Shown here: positions 8,839 to 18,532 of the stretch, in pieces
Layout: every line of letters starts with the position of its first letter
Numbering within the stretch: the stretch's first letter is position 1
From: an uncultured Chloroflexia bacterium
Lineage (GTDB): Bacteria; Chloroflexota; Limnocylindria; Limnocylindrales; CSP1-4
Length of the DNA stretch: 64,000 nucleotides
Assembly: GCA_963833225.1 (NCBI GenBank)
Contig: CAWHXD010000019.1
Span: forward strand, 480,001 to 544,000
Reading direction: 5' to 3'
Made by a program: the position numbers and the translations under genes
The notes under the pieces: model-generated
What the model saw: only the letters and a program-made list of their open reading frames with translations
What the model was told of the DNA's origin: nothing
Database searches by the model: none

Positions 8839-9756
8839 ATGCGTGACCTCAAGCTGGGCCTCGTGCTCCCGCTCTACGAGGAACCGGAGACCGGGCAGCC
8901 CCACCGGTGGGACGAGCTGCGGGCCATGGCCAGGCTCGCGGAGGCCATCGGTTTCGATACGGTCTGGGTCCCCGACGAGCTCCTGTGGCGGGTGTCCGAG
9001 TGGTCCGGCCCGCGAGGCTGGTGGGAGTGCATTGCGGTGACCGGCGCCGTCGCGGAGGCGACCGAGCGGGTCGAGGTCGGGACCTGGGTGCTGTCCGCCA
9101 ACCAGCGCAACCCGGGACTCACCGTTCGTGCCGTCGAGACGCTGGACGAGATCAGCGGTGGGCGATTCGTGTTCGGTCTGGGCGCCGGCAGCGGCGACTC
9201 CGAGGCCAAGGCCTACGGACTCCCGCTCGACAAGGTCGTCAGCCGGTTCGAGGACTCGCTCGAGATCATCATGCCACTGCTGCGGACCGGCCATGCCGAC
9301 CACGAGGGGCCGTACCACCAGGCCAGGGACCTCGAATCGCGGCCGCGAGGACCACGGTCCGGTGCCATCCCCCTGATGGTGGGTGCCGGCGGTCCGAGGA
9401 CGATCGCCCTTGCCGCCCGGCACGCGGACATCTGGAGCTACTACGCGCAGGAGCGCAGCGAGCCCGCCGAGTTCGTGCCGCTGATCGCGCAGGTCGAGGC
9501 GGCGTGCGAGGCGATCGGCCGGGACCCGGCCACGATCGGCCGGTCGGCGGGGATCCTCGTGGAGCCAACCGACGCGACCGGCGCCGAGGCGACGGGCCTG
9601 GGCGTGCCGGTCCGCGGCTCGGCCGACCAGGTCGCCGATGCCATCCGGGCTTTTGCCGACGTCGGCGTGACGCAGGTCGAATGCATGCTCTGGCCAACGA
9701 CCATCGCCTCGCTCGAGGCGATGGGCCCGGTGGTTGAGCGCCTGGATCACGCCTGA
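8839..9756 (+). CDS. LLM-class flavin-dependent oxidoreductase
   Basis: AEAIGFDTVWVPDE, TLDEISGGRFVFGLGAG; GGAGG RBS. Confidence 0.9.
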   Translation: MRDLKLGLVLPLYEEPETGQPHRWDELRAMARLAEAIGFDTVWVPDELLWRVSEWSGPRGWWECIAVTGAVAEATERVEVGTWVLSANQRNPGLTVRAVETLDEISGGRFVFGLGAGSGDSEAKAYGLPLDKVVSRFEDSLEIIMPLLRTGHADHEGPYHQARDLESRPRGPRSGAIPLMVGAGGPRTIALAARHADIWSYYAQERSEPAEFVPLIAQVEAACEAIGRDPATIGRSAGILVEPTDATGAEATGLGVPVRGSADQVADAIRAFADVGVTQVECMLWPTTIASLEAMGPVVERLDHA

Positions 9757-9793
9757 TCGGCGCCGCTCGCCTTCTGCTCCTGCGCCGTGGTGA

Positions 9794-10219
9794 TCAGCCG
9801 TACTGGCTGAGCTCCACGAGATGGCCGTCCGGGTCCCGGGTGAAGCAGCGGGTCTCGAGGCCATTGACCACCGGTGGCGTCAGGAACGAGGCCCCGCGAG
9901 CGAGCAGCGTCCGGTAGACCGCGCGGCAGTCGGACACCCGGATTGTCATCGCGTGGCTCACGGTCGTGCGGTCCACCGGTGGCACGAACGTCACGTCCGG
10001 CTTGTCGGGCGTCGGTCCCCCGCCGGTGACCAGGAGCAGCCAGCAGCCTCCGAGCCGGAGCACGGCCGACGTTCCGCCGTACTCGCGATACGGCTCGGCA
10101 CCGAGCACGGACGTCCACCAGGTGCGGGCGCGCCCGATGTCGGAGACCACCAGGATGTGGGTCATCTCGATCCCGGCCTCCGGGAAGCCCGGCGCGGCTG
10201 GCTGATCGTCTGGGCTCAT
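9794..10219 (-). CDS. VOC/glyoxalase family protein
   Basis: LVVSDIGRA.....VLG...RDPDGHLVEL; GGAGGAG RBS. Confidence 0.85.
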   Translation of the reverse strand: MSPDDQPAAPGFPEAGIEMTHILVVSDIGRARTWWTSVLGAEPYREYGGTSAVLRLGGCWLLLVTGGGPTPDKPDVTFVPPVDRTTVSHAMTIRVSDCRAVYRTLLARGASFLTPPVVNGLETRCFTRDPDGHLVELSQYG

Positions 10220-10349
10220 GCGACTCCTCCAGCAGTGGGGGCGATGCCAGTTGGTCTTGGTCTCCACGTCTGCAGAGGCTACGTCGGCCCCGTGTAGGGC
10301 GGGCGTCGAGACCGGGATCGTGGCCAGGTCGCGGTGTAGGCTGCGAGCC

Positions 10350-11357
10350 ATGGACTTCGGATTCACGCTCAAGCCTGACCACAACGTCGCACGCTCCATC
10401 GCGCTCACGAGGCAGGCAGAGGCTGCCGGGTTCAGCTACGGCTGGCTGTTCGACTCCCACGTGGCATTCAGGGAGGTCTACCCGCTTCTCACGCTGATGG
10501 CCATCAACACCACCACGATGCGCCTCGGCACGTGCGTGACCAACCCGGCCACGCGGGAGCCAAGCGTGACCGCGAGCGCGCTCGCAACGCTCGATGAGAT
10601 CTCGGGGGGCCGCATGGATCTGGGCATCGGCCGCGGCGATACCTCGGTCCGCGCCGTCGGCAGGGCCCCCACCACCCTGAAGACCATGGAGGAGGCGGTG
10701 ACCGTCATCCGGGACCTGGTCGAGGGCCGCCCGACCGCGGATGGGCGCGGCGAGCAGGGGCTGAAATGGACGGGGCGCTGGAAGCTGCCCGTATGGATCG
10801 CCGGCTATGGCCCGATGGCGCTGGCCATGACCGGTCGCATCGCCGACGGGCTGATCCTGCAGCTGGCGGATCCGGACCTGGTTCGATGGATGGCCGGCAC
10901 CATGCGCGAGTCGGCCGAGAAGGCCGGTCGCGATCCCGCCTCGATCAAGATCCAGGCCGCAGCTCCGGCACACGTGGGCAGCCTCGAAGAGAGCCGTGAG
11001 CATGTGCGCTGGTTCCCGGGAGCCGTCGGCAACCACGTCGTCGACCTGGTGAACCGGTATCCGATCGACCAGCTGCCTGCGTCGCTGACCCGCTATCTCC
11101 GTGACCATGATGGCGAGCATGATCGCCGCCAGGACGAGTTTGGCGCCTCGGGCGCGTCGTCCGTGCCGGATGACGTCGTGGATCGATTCGCCATCGTCGG
11201 CCCGCCGGGCGAGCACGTGCGGCGGCTCAGGGAGCTCAGCGAGGCCGGCGTCGACCAGTTCAACCTCTACCTGATGAACGGGGACGAGGAGGCGCAGCTG
11301 GAGGCGTACGGGTCCTCCGTCATCCCCGCCTTGAGAGCGGCCCTCGGCGAGGCATGA
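10350..11357 (+). CDS. LLM-class probable F420-dependent oxidoreductase (TIGR03842-like)
   Basis: MDFGFTLKPD...GWLFDSHV...GTCVTNPATR...GIGRGD; leaderless TAGGCT -10. Confidence 0.85.
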   Translation: MDFGFTLKPDHNVARSIALTRQAEAAGFSYGWLFDSHVAFREVYPLLTLMAINTTTMRLGTCVTNPATREPSVTASALATLDEISGGRMDLGIGRGDTSVRAVGRAPTTLKTMEEAVTVIRDLVEGRPTADGRGEQGLKWTGRWKLPVWIAGYGPMALAMTGRIADGLILQLADPDLVRWMAGTMRESAEKAGRDPASIKIQAAAPAHVGSLEESREHVRWFPGAVGNHVVDLVNRYPIDQLPASLTRYLRDHDGEHDRRQDEFGASGASSVPDDVVDRFAIVGPPGEHVRRLRELSEAGVDQFNLYLMNGDEEAQLEAYGSSVIPALRAALGEA

Positions 11358-11364
11358 TCCGGGC

Positions 11365-11637
11365 GTGGTGACCGCGGCAACCGGTGGCTTCGACTTCGTC
11401 GCCGGCTGGCTCGTCGTTGCCTACATCCTCGTGGGCGTCTTCCTGGTGAACGCCTTCGCCGTCGGGGATCGGGTCGTCCGAGTGGCCAAGGAGGCCGTCG
11501 AGGCGGAGGATGGCAAGCGCCCGCTGGAGGGGGTCGCTTCGGACATGGCCTCCGCCCGGGCGGTCTACCTCGTCGGCGCGAACGTCGTGCTCTTCGCGGT
11601 CATCATCGCGGACATGGTCCTCAAGCCGTTGCCCTAG
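11365..11637 (+). pseudogene. C-terminal half of a DUF2269-like membrane protein
   Basis: Two TM helices ending in MVLKP; no N-terminal half or RBS. Confidence 0.5.
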
Positions 11638-11689
11638 GCGCGTCGCGGTGCCGGCGGGCCGTTGGCCCGCCGGCGACGGTTCGGTCGGC

Positions 11690-12940
11690 TCAGTAGTTGT
11701 GCACCACCGAGTGGAACGAGTTGGACTTGAGCCCGGTCACGTGGATGGTGCCCGAGCGGTAGATACCCCAGTACTCGTGCGCGATCGAGTTACGCGCGAC
11801 GAGCACGTGAACCGGCACGGACACGCTGCCGATAGCGATCCCGGTGCGCCGCGGATGCGACTGGAAGTCGGGGTCCGCGCCGTTGCCGGAGATCGTGTTG
11901 GCCACGACCACGTTGCCCGAGACGTTCTGGCCGCTCGTGTGCGAGTGGATTGCGACCCCGGCCTCGCCGTTGTTGCGGAGCACATTGGAGATCACGAGGT
12001 TGTCGTAGGACGCCATGCCTTCCGCCGCCGCGAACATGCCGACCCCAGCACCACCGTTGCCGATCGAGACGTTGTCGAAGATCGTGTTGTGGTAAACGCC
12101 GCCCTTGGTGGGATCGGTGGTCGCCGCGGGGTTGTGAGAGGGGAGCGTGATCCCGCAGTCCAGCTTGTTGTTCCGGGCGGTGTTGTAGGCGACCAGGTTG
12201 TCGTGGTTGGGACCCACCTCGTCGCTGAGCAGGATCCCGCCCACGTTGTCGTGGACGTTGTTCCGCAGGACCTTCGAGTCGGCGACGCTCATCAGGTGGA
12301 TCGCCTCACCGCAATCACCGGGGACCGGACCCTGCGCCTGGCACTCGAACGGCTGCGGGCTGTACGTCTCGGTTGCGCCCTTGTCGTTGAACTTGACCAC
12401 GTTGTCCGCGATGCGCACGTTCGACGTCAGCGCGGCAAGGATCCCCTCTGCGGGGGCGTGCTTGACGGTGAAGCCACTGAACGAGGTGCCCGCCGAGTCG
12501 GGCCCCACGATCAGGACGCCCCAGCCGATGATCCCGGCACTGCCCAGGTCACCTCCGATGTCGGCCACGATGCCGTTGGCGTTGATCACCGCGTGGTGGC
12601 CGACCAGGCTCAGCTTCTTGGGGATGACGACCGCTTCGTGATAGGAACCGCGACGGACGATGATCGTCGTGCCGGGTGCGGCGACGTCGATGGCGTGGTT
12701 GATGTGCCGGCACGGCGCAGCGTACGAGCACGGGCCTCCGTCGCTCCCTGTCGTTGAGACCCACAACTTGCCCGGGCTCACCGCCGCGACCGGTGCGGCG
12801 CCGAGCAGGACTGCGGCCAGGGCCGTCGCAATCGCGGCGGCACCAACGCGGACGAGCACCTGCCGGATGGTCCAGAACCTTGCCAATCGGCTGACAGGCC
12901 GATCGACGGGCATGGCAAATCGGCGGGACGCGGAATCCAT
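11690..12940 (-). CDS. Secreted right-handed parallel beta-helix protein
   Basis: Signal peptide, GSD..PCS.AAPC.HINHAI, repeated N-x-(V/I)-x-x-N-x-x-G-(I/V) motifs. Confidence 0.8.
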   Translation of the reverse strand: MDSASRRFAMPVDRPVSRLARFWTIRQVLVRVGAAAIATALAAVLLGAAPVAAVSPGKLWVSTTGSDGGPCSYAAPCRHINHAIDVAAPGTTIIVRRGSYHEAVVIPKKLSLVGHHAVINANGIVADIGGDLGSAGIIGWGVLIVGPDSAGTSFSGFTVKHAPAEGILAALTSNVRIADNVVKFNDKGATETYSPQPFECQAQGPVPGDCGEAIHLMSVADSKVLRNNVHDNVGGILLSDEVGPNHDNLVAYNTARNNKLDCGITLPSHNPAATTDPTKGGVYHNTIFDNVSIGNGGAGVGMFAAAEGMASYDNLVISNVLRNNGEAGVAIHSHTSGQNVSGNVVVANTISGNGADPDFQSHPRRTGIAIGSVSVPVHVLVARNSIAHEYWGIYRSGTIHVTGLKSNSFHSVVHNY

Positions 12941-13279
12941 CTACGGATCCTCCGACTATGACTGCGGCAGGTGATCGGGCTCGCCAGTGGCTCGGCGCGG
13001 CTCAGGCGGCCGGTGCTGGGGCCGCGCGTCTTCGCCTTCATCTGCACATGTGAGTGAACTCTAGTGCGATTCTCGGAACCCATCCCAGATCGCGGATCCC
13101 GACGTCCCGCGTCCCGTTCGCCGGGCGGCGCCGAGCGACTTGGCTGGGTTCGGATGGGGTCCGCGACCGGTCGGCGCTGGAGCGATGCGCCGTGGCAAGC
13201 GAATCCGAGCGAACCCGTCAGGGCGGCACCAAGGCACACGCGTAGTCAGGTTGTCGCGCTGAGCACGAGGCAGGGGAAG

Positions 13280-13355
13280 TGGAGCGGGAGACGGGGTTCG
13301 AACCCGCGACATTCAGCTTGGGAAGCTGACACTCTGCCAACTGAGTTACTCCCGC
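13280..13355 (-). tRNA. tRNA-Gly (CCC)
   Basis: 76 nt GCGGGAGTAACTCAGTTGGCAGAG...TCAGC-TTCCCAA-GCTGA...GGTTCGAACCCC GTCTCCCGC TCCA with encoded CCA. Confidence 0.97.
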
Positions 13356-13524
13356 TCGGGGACAGGTCCGCCTGAGCGCGGAGGCCATTCTAGCGGCCAC
13401 GGGCACCAGCGACAACGCTCCCATGCCGACAAGGGAGGTAGCTCCTAACGGCGTCTGCCTGCTGACCCCGGGTCGCTCCTGGATGACAACTGCCGCTGGG
13501 CTCTGTGGCAGGACTGCCGTCGCC

Positions 13525-13701
13525 CTACTGCGCCTCTGCCTCTGCCGAGGCGTCGGGCGTCGGCGCCACAAGCGCCTCGACGGTCGAGACCGCCTCCCCG
13601 TGCGCCGGTGCGAACTCGCAGTCCTCCGGACGGAGGAGGCACACCTGTCGGTCGCGGTCGTAGCCGGGGCAGTCCTCGGTCATGGGACATTCATCGATCA
13701 T
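13525..13701 (-). CDS. 58-aa four-cysteine microprotein (absent from ORF track)
   Basis: MIDECPMTEDCPGYDRDRQVCLLRPEDCEF...; TTGACA (13737-13732) and a GATCGT -10-like hexamer just upstream of the ATG. Confidence 0.55.
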   Translation of the reverse strand: MIDECPMTEDCPGYDRDRQVCLLRPEDCEFAPAHGEAVSTVEALVAPTPDASAEAEAQ

Positions 13702-13825
13702 GGCTCAACGATCTGCTCCCGGTTCCCGTCCTGTCAACCATGTCGGCGCGTGGCGCGGCATGACGCGCGACCTCCTCGCCGAGCGCGAGGACACGGTCTT
13801 CGCCTGGTGCCGCGCAGCCGGACCC

Positions 13826-13995
13826 TCATTCGCGTTCGTGCTCGCTGGCGAAGTCGCGCAGCCTGGCGATGTGCTCCAGCTCCAGTCCCACGCGATGGTC
13901 GGTCTCGACGAGCAGCGTTGGCGCATCCCGCGACGTCGCCCGGGCGTGGGCGTCAGGTTCGAACTGGTCATCGACCCAGGTCGCGGCTCGCCCGC
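13826..13995 (-). pseudogene. C-terminal fragment of a HAD-family (Swiss-army-knife-like) protein
   Basis: WVDDQ...APTLLVETDHRVGL resembles HAD motif IV and tail; no N-terminal part. Confidence 0.4.
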
Positions 13996-14056
13996 TGTTG
14001 CCGTCTCGGGCGGCAGACGCCGGTCGGGATCGAGGACATCTGCGAAGATCCGACCA

Positions 14057-14791
14057 GTGGGATGGGAAGCACTCGCGCAGTGGGGTGACGACGTCGCCCG
14101 CATCGAACCGCTCGCTGGCGGAGTCGCCAACGAGGTGTGGAGCGTGCGCCTCAGCGGGCGCCTCGCGGTCGGTCGCCTCGGTGCCAGGAGCGACGCTGAT
14201 CTCGCGTGGGAGACCGACCTCCTCGGGCACCTCGACCGTGAAGGCCTGACCGTGCCGGTGCCGATCCCGACGGCGGACGGACGGCTGTTCGCCGACGGTC
14301 TGGTGGTGATGACCTACGTGGAGGGCCGGCCGCCCGAGGCGGAGGCCGACTGGCGTCGCGTGGCCGACACGCTTCGCCAGCTCCATCGGTTGACGCAGGG
14401 CTGGCCGCAGCGCCCTGGCTGGCGATCGTCGACCGACCTCCTGCACGCCGAGACCGGGACGAAGATCGACCTCGGCGCGATGCCGCCTGAGGGCGTTGCT
14501 CGCTGCCGAGCAGCATGGGCGCGGCTCGCCGGACGTCAGACATGCGTCGTCCACGGCAACCCCAACAACCCTGGCAACGTCCGCATGACCGCCAATCGGG
14601 TGGCGTTGATCGACTGGGACGAGTCGCACGTCGACGTCCCGGATCTCGACCTGGTCCTGCCCTACAAGGCCGCCGGTCTCGACGACAGCGCGCACGACAT
14701 CGCCGCGCAGGCGTCGGCCGCATGGGAGGCCGCCGTCTGCTGGGACGACGACTACGCGGTCAAGCGGCTCGCCGACGTTCGAGCGGTCTGA
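14057..14791 (+). CDS. APH/choline-kinase-like phosphotransferase
   Basis: LAGGVANEVW, VPVPIPTADG, LRQLH, VHGNPNNPGN, LIDWDES. Confidence 0.8.
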   Translation: MGWEALAQWGDDVARIEPLAGGVANEVWSVRLSGRLAVGRLGARSDADLAWETDLLGHLDREGLTVPVPIPTADGRLFADGLVVMTYVEGRPPEAEADWRRVADTLRQLHRLTQGWPQRPGWRSSTDLLHAETGTKIDLGAMPPEGVARCRAAWARLAGRQTCVVHGNPNNPGNVRMTANRVALIDWDESHVDVPDLDLVLPYKAAGLDDSAHDIAAQASAAWEAAVCWDDDYAVKRLADVRAV

Positions 14792-14846
14792 CTAGCGACA
14801 GCGGATCAGGTCAGGCATGAGTCGCGTCCTCGGGCTCACTCGGGCC

Positions 14847-15317
14847 CTACGGCCTCGTCCGGAGGTCCACGCTGAAGTCCAGGTGCGCGCGGAGCAGGGT
14901 CAGGGCCACGCTCCATTCCTGGAGCGCCTCCGCCCAGGCGTCGATGGCCCCTGGCTGGTCGAGCGGGAACGGACCGTCCTCGAGCTCCAGCCGGGTCCCG
15001 TACCCGGCGGGTTCGATCGTGAGCCGGACGGTCGTGACCAGGCGCTCGTCCGGAAGCCACGGCCGGCGGAACGCGAACGCACGGCCGGCCCGGGCCTCGA
15101 TCACCTCCCACCACACGCGGCGATCCGGCCACACGAGCATCGTCCGCGTGTCGACGGCGAGCGCACCCTCGACTTGCTCCGGGAGCCAGCGTGCCAGCTC
15201 CTCGGGGTCGGCCCAGGCGCGGGACACGCGCTCGGGCGGGGCGTTCAGCCGCCGGACCATCCGGACGGTTCGCCGGAGCTCGGTCCCAGCAGGCAGGGGC
15301 AGGGTCTCATCGTCCAT
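14847..15317 (-). CDS. SRPBCC/AHSA1 domain protein
   Basis: RRLNAPPERV.RAWADPEELARW...GTRLEL. Confidence 0.85.
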   Translation of the reverse strand: MDDETLPLPAGTELRRTVRMVRRLNAPPERVSRAWADPEELARWLPEQVEGALAVDTRTMLVWPDRRVWWEVIEARAGRAFAFRRPWLPDERLVTTVRLTIEPAGYGTRLELEDGPFPLDQPGAIDAWAEALQEWSVALTLLRAHLDFSVDLRTRP

Positions 15318-15582
15318 TGACCGATCCCTCCGCTACCTCCTCGAGGTCTGGCCGGCGGCCGGGCCAACGCGGTGGTCGTGCCAAGGGTAGCCCGTGCCGG
15401 GCCGTTCCCGTCGGGACCGGATCTCGATCCGGCCCTCGGTGCGATGGCCATGTGGGCGGGATCGTGCTTGCCCTCGGCCTGCTCGCCAAACCGGGGTAGC
15501 CGCCCGCGTCAGACGCCGCGACCCACGAAGGCCGCCTCCCCGAATGTGCCGTTCGGCACTAGGGGCCTCCTCAAGCACATGC

Positions 15583-15595
15583 ATGCTGTTGGCAT
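15583..15595. promoter_or_regulatory. ATGC-N5-GCAT palindrome abutting the second PadR start
   Basis: ATGCtgttgGCAT immediately followed by ATG at 15596. Confidence 0.6.
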
Positions 15596-16016
15596 ATGGA
15601 TGCTGAAACCCACCCGATCCCTCACGTCGATCCGCACCACCATCACGACGGCTACCGCGGCTGGGTGCGTCCTGGTGGTCGGCGCGGCCGCTGGCTCGAA
15701 CCTTTCCTGCTTCGCCTCGTCGCGGAGGGGGAGGCCCACGGCGGGGCGTTGATCGCGCGCCTGAACGAGCTCTGCCTGGCGCCCCGACGGGGTCGATGTG
15801 GGAATGGCCTACCGAACGTTGCGGGAGTTCGAGGCGGAGGGGCTCGTCGGATCCGGGTGGGTGACCAACGACGGGCCGCCCCGACGCACGTATCGGCTCA
15901 CCGACCCCGGGCGAGGGGCGCTCGATGAGTGGATCGCCGTGATGCGCGAGCGGGCTCGGCTGATCGATGCCTTTCTGGACGGAACGGAACGCCTCGATCG
16001 AGGCAAAGGAGGTTGA
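15596..16016 (+). CDS. PadR-family regulator with His-rich N-terminus (copy 2; one extra C near 15785)
   Basis: ORFs 15596 and 15798 join into a full paralog of 3420-3833 if CCCC is read as CCC. Confidence 0.85.
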
Positions 16017-16017
16017 G

Positions 16018-16281
16018 ATGGGTTGCGGGCATGGTGGGCACGGCTGCGGGCCGTGGCATGGCGGGCCGTACGGCCCCGGCTGGTACGACCCCGTGGACTT
16101 CTATCAGGGGGACGACTGGCCGATGCGCCGCCGCTCGCGGGGCTACCGTCGGCCCGAGCGCGACACCGCTCCCGAGGAGCTCGAAGCTCGGCTGGCCGAG
16201 CTGCGCGACGAGCTCCATCGGGTGGAGGCCGAGCTCGGGAGCCTGCGTGGCTCTGACGAGGCGGCCGCCGGAAAGACCTAG
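16018..16281 (+). CDS. Small Cys/His/Gly-rich protein with coiled coil (copy 2)
   Basis: MGCGHGGHGCGPW...ELEARLAELRDELHRVEAEL; AGGAGG RBS. Confidence 0.75.
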   Translation: MGCGHGGHGCGPWHGGPYGPGWYDPVDFYQGDDWPMRRRSRGYRRPERDTAPEELEARLAELRDELHRVEAELGSLRGSDEAAAGKT

Positions 16282-16308
16282 CCGTCGGGCCGAGCGATCG
16301 GGAGGAGC

Positions 16309-17365
16309 GTGGCCGTGATCCAGACTTCGCGCGCTTGGACGAGCGCGACCCATGCCCTGCCGATCGCCTTTGGCCCCGTCCGTTCCCGTCGCCTCGGGTG
16401 GAGTCTCGGGATCAACAACGTCCCGCCCAAGACATGCACCTATTCCTGCGTCTACTGCCAGGTCGGCGCGACCGACCGGGCGCGTCACGAGCGCGAAGCG
16501 TTCTTCGAACCCGACGCCGTCGTGGCGGCGGTCCTCGAGCGCGTCGCGGCATGCGAGGCTATCGGCCAGCCGGTCGACTACGCGACGTTCGTGCCCGATG
16601 GCGAGCCCACCCTTGACCGCCACCTTGGCGAGGCCATTCGCGGCGTCGCGGCACTAGGCTCCAAGGTGGCCGTCATCACCAACGGCTCGCTCCTCTGGCG
16701 GGACGACGTCCGAAACGGAGCTCATGCCCACCGACTGGGTGTCGCTCAAGGTCGACACGGTCGACGACGCGGCCTATCGGCGGCTCAACCGTCCGATCGG
16801 GGATCTCCACCTCGAGACGGTCCTCGACGGGATGCGGCGCTTCGCCGCGGAGTACCGCGGGGACCTTGTGACGGAGACGATGCTCGTGGCCGGTCTCAAC
16901 GACGATGAGGCCTCGACCCGCCGCACGGCCGCCTTCGTCAGCGCCCTCAATCCGCTCCGGGCATACATCGCGACTCCTACCCGTCCGCCGGCCGAGCCGT
17001 GGGTGCTGGCACCCGCCGAGGACGTCGCCAGCCACGCGGCCGACATCTTCCGCACGTACGACGTCCCGATGTCGTCCCTGGTCGAGGAGATCGACGAGAG
17101 CGAGGCGCCGTTCGCGGTCGCCGGCGATCCCGCCCAGGGTCTGCTGGGGATCGTCGCCGTGCATCCCATGACCGAGTCTGCCGCTCGCGACTACCTGGCC
17201 AGGGCCGGCGCCGACTGGACGGTCGCCAGGCGGTTGCTCCACGAGGGCCTGATCGAGACGGTCCGGTACGGGGACCAGACATACCTGCGCGGTGTGCTCG
17301 AACGGCCGGGGTCGACGGCAGCGTCGCCGAGACGCCCTGGCCGTGTGACGAGACGAGTTGGGTGA
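16309..17365 (+). CDS. Radical SAM protein (Tyw1-like Fe-S oxidoreductase group; frameshift near 16714)
   Basis: FGPVRSRRLGWSLGINN, CTYSCVYC, GEPTL, VITNGSLL, then VSLKVD, ETMLV.GLND, PTRPPAE in the next frame. Confidence 0.85.
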
Positions 17366-17389
17366 ATCGATGACAGGAAGGAGCGCCGC

Positions 17390-17570
17390 CATGAGCTCCG
17401 GGCCCGGCGGGAACTGCGTCTGCCCGGAATGCGACGCGCGGGTCCCGCACCGGCGGGGTGTTCGTTGCGAGGAGGAGCGCTGTCCGAAGTGCGCCGGGAA
17501 GATGCTCCGCGAGGGCTCTGACCATCACCGGCTCTGGCTCGCGGAGCACGAGCCGGGGCAGGCCCCTTGA
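17390..17570 (+). CDS. Small zinc-ribbon/ferredoxin-like Cys-rich protein
   Basis: GPGGNCVCPEC...PHRRGVRC...CPKC..KMLRE. Confidence 0.7.
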
Positions 17571-17590
17571 CCGAGGACGGAGGTGGAGAC

Positions 17591-18067
17591 ATGACCAGAG
17601 CAGCGATCCACACACCACCGATGGCGCATCCCAGCGACGACGTGTTCGTGGTCGTCGACAACACCGAGCGCGCTGACGCGACGATCAGTGCCCTGCGCGC
17701 CGCGGGCTTCTCGGAGGCGGCCATCCACGTCTTCCGGGGACGAGAGGAGATCGTCGTGCTTGCCCGCGCCTGGGCGCGACACCTGGATGGGCCGGCCTTC
17801 CTCGTGTCGATCCTGGAGGCTTTCCTGAACGACGAGCGGAATATGGAGGCGATCTACGCATCCTCCGGCTTCGCCGGTCATGTCGTCCTGGCGGTCCACA
17901 CCCTGAGCCTCGGTGACGTCGACGAGGCGACGCGCGTCCTCCGCGACAGCGGGGCGCACGACACGTGGTACTTCGGCCGCTGGACGAAAGCGTCCCCTTG
18001 GCCCGGCGGGCCGGAACGCGAAATCACGAGAGGGACTGGTGGAGAGCATGATGGCCGAGGAGCTTGA
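17591..18067 (+). CDS. Hypothetical protein (general-stress-protein-like)
   Basis: A..TISALRAAGF...IHV...GHVVLAV...A.RVLRDSGA; fills operon gap with GGAG RBS. Confidence 0.55.
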   Translation: MTRAAIHTPPMAHPSDDVFVVVDNTERADATISALRAAGFSEAAIHVFRGREEIVVLARAWARHLDGPAFLVSILEAFLNDERNMEAIYASSGFAGHVVLAVHTLSLGDVDEATRVLRDSGAHDTWYFGRWTKASPWPGGPEREITRGTGGEHDGRGA

Positions 18068-18527
18068 GCAGCCTACGGCTCCCGCGCAGGGGCTCGTTGT
18101 CCATGACCTGGCGCGGTTGCTGGCCGACACGTACACCCTCTACCTCAAGACACAGGGCTACCACTGGAACGTGGTCGGACCGGACTTTCGCTCGCTCCAC
18201 CTGATGTTCGAGGAGCAGTACGAGGAGCTGGGCGACGCCGTCGACGAGATCGCCGAGCGGATCCGCACCCTCGGCGCGCTCGCCCCGGGGTCGTACCGGG
18301 AGATGGCGATCCTGGCGTCCGTGAGCGACGAGGAGGGCACACCCGAGGCTATGGAGATGGTGAACCGGCTGATCGATGCGAACGAGGTCGTCATCCGGAC
18401 GGCCGGCGCGGTCGTCAGGGCGGCCGAGGCGGCCGGTGATCCTGCGTCGCTCGATCTGGCGACGCGGCGGATCGCCGTCCACGAGAAGACGCTCTGGATG
18501 CTCCGCGCGACGGCGGCCGGGAGGTGA
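18048..18527 (+). CDS. dps: DNA protection during starvation protein
   Basis: LYLKTQGYHWNVVGPDF.SLHLMFEEQY, DEIAERIR.LG, HEKTLWML. Confidence 0.95.
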   Translation: MMAEELEQPTAPAQGLVVHDLARLLADTYTLYLKTQGYHWNVVGPDFRSLHLMFEEQYEELGDAVDEIAERIRTLGALAPGSYREMAILASVSDEEGTPEAMEMVNRLIDANEVVIRTAGAVVRAAEAAGDPASLDLATRRIAVHEKTLWMLRATAAGR

Positions 18528-18532
18528 GCACC

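Noticed and set aside
13060-13240. CCGAGCGAACCCGTCAG resembling the c-di-AMP (ydaO) riboswitch 3' motif
   Set aside because: The GCTAAC and GGGGA...GGGGTGAAT elements are missing, and it lies on the wrong strand for the neighbouring gene.
13280-13355. tRNA-Gly as the attachment site of a prophage or ICE
   Set aside because: No integrase, phage or conjugation gene, and no duplicated tRNA 3' end seen in the window.
16700-16730. Programmed ribosomal frameshifting at the split genes
   Set aside because: No slippery heptamer or consistent stimulatory structure; scattered indels in unrelated genes fit sequencing error better.
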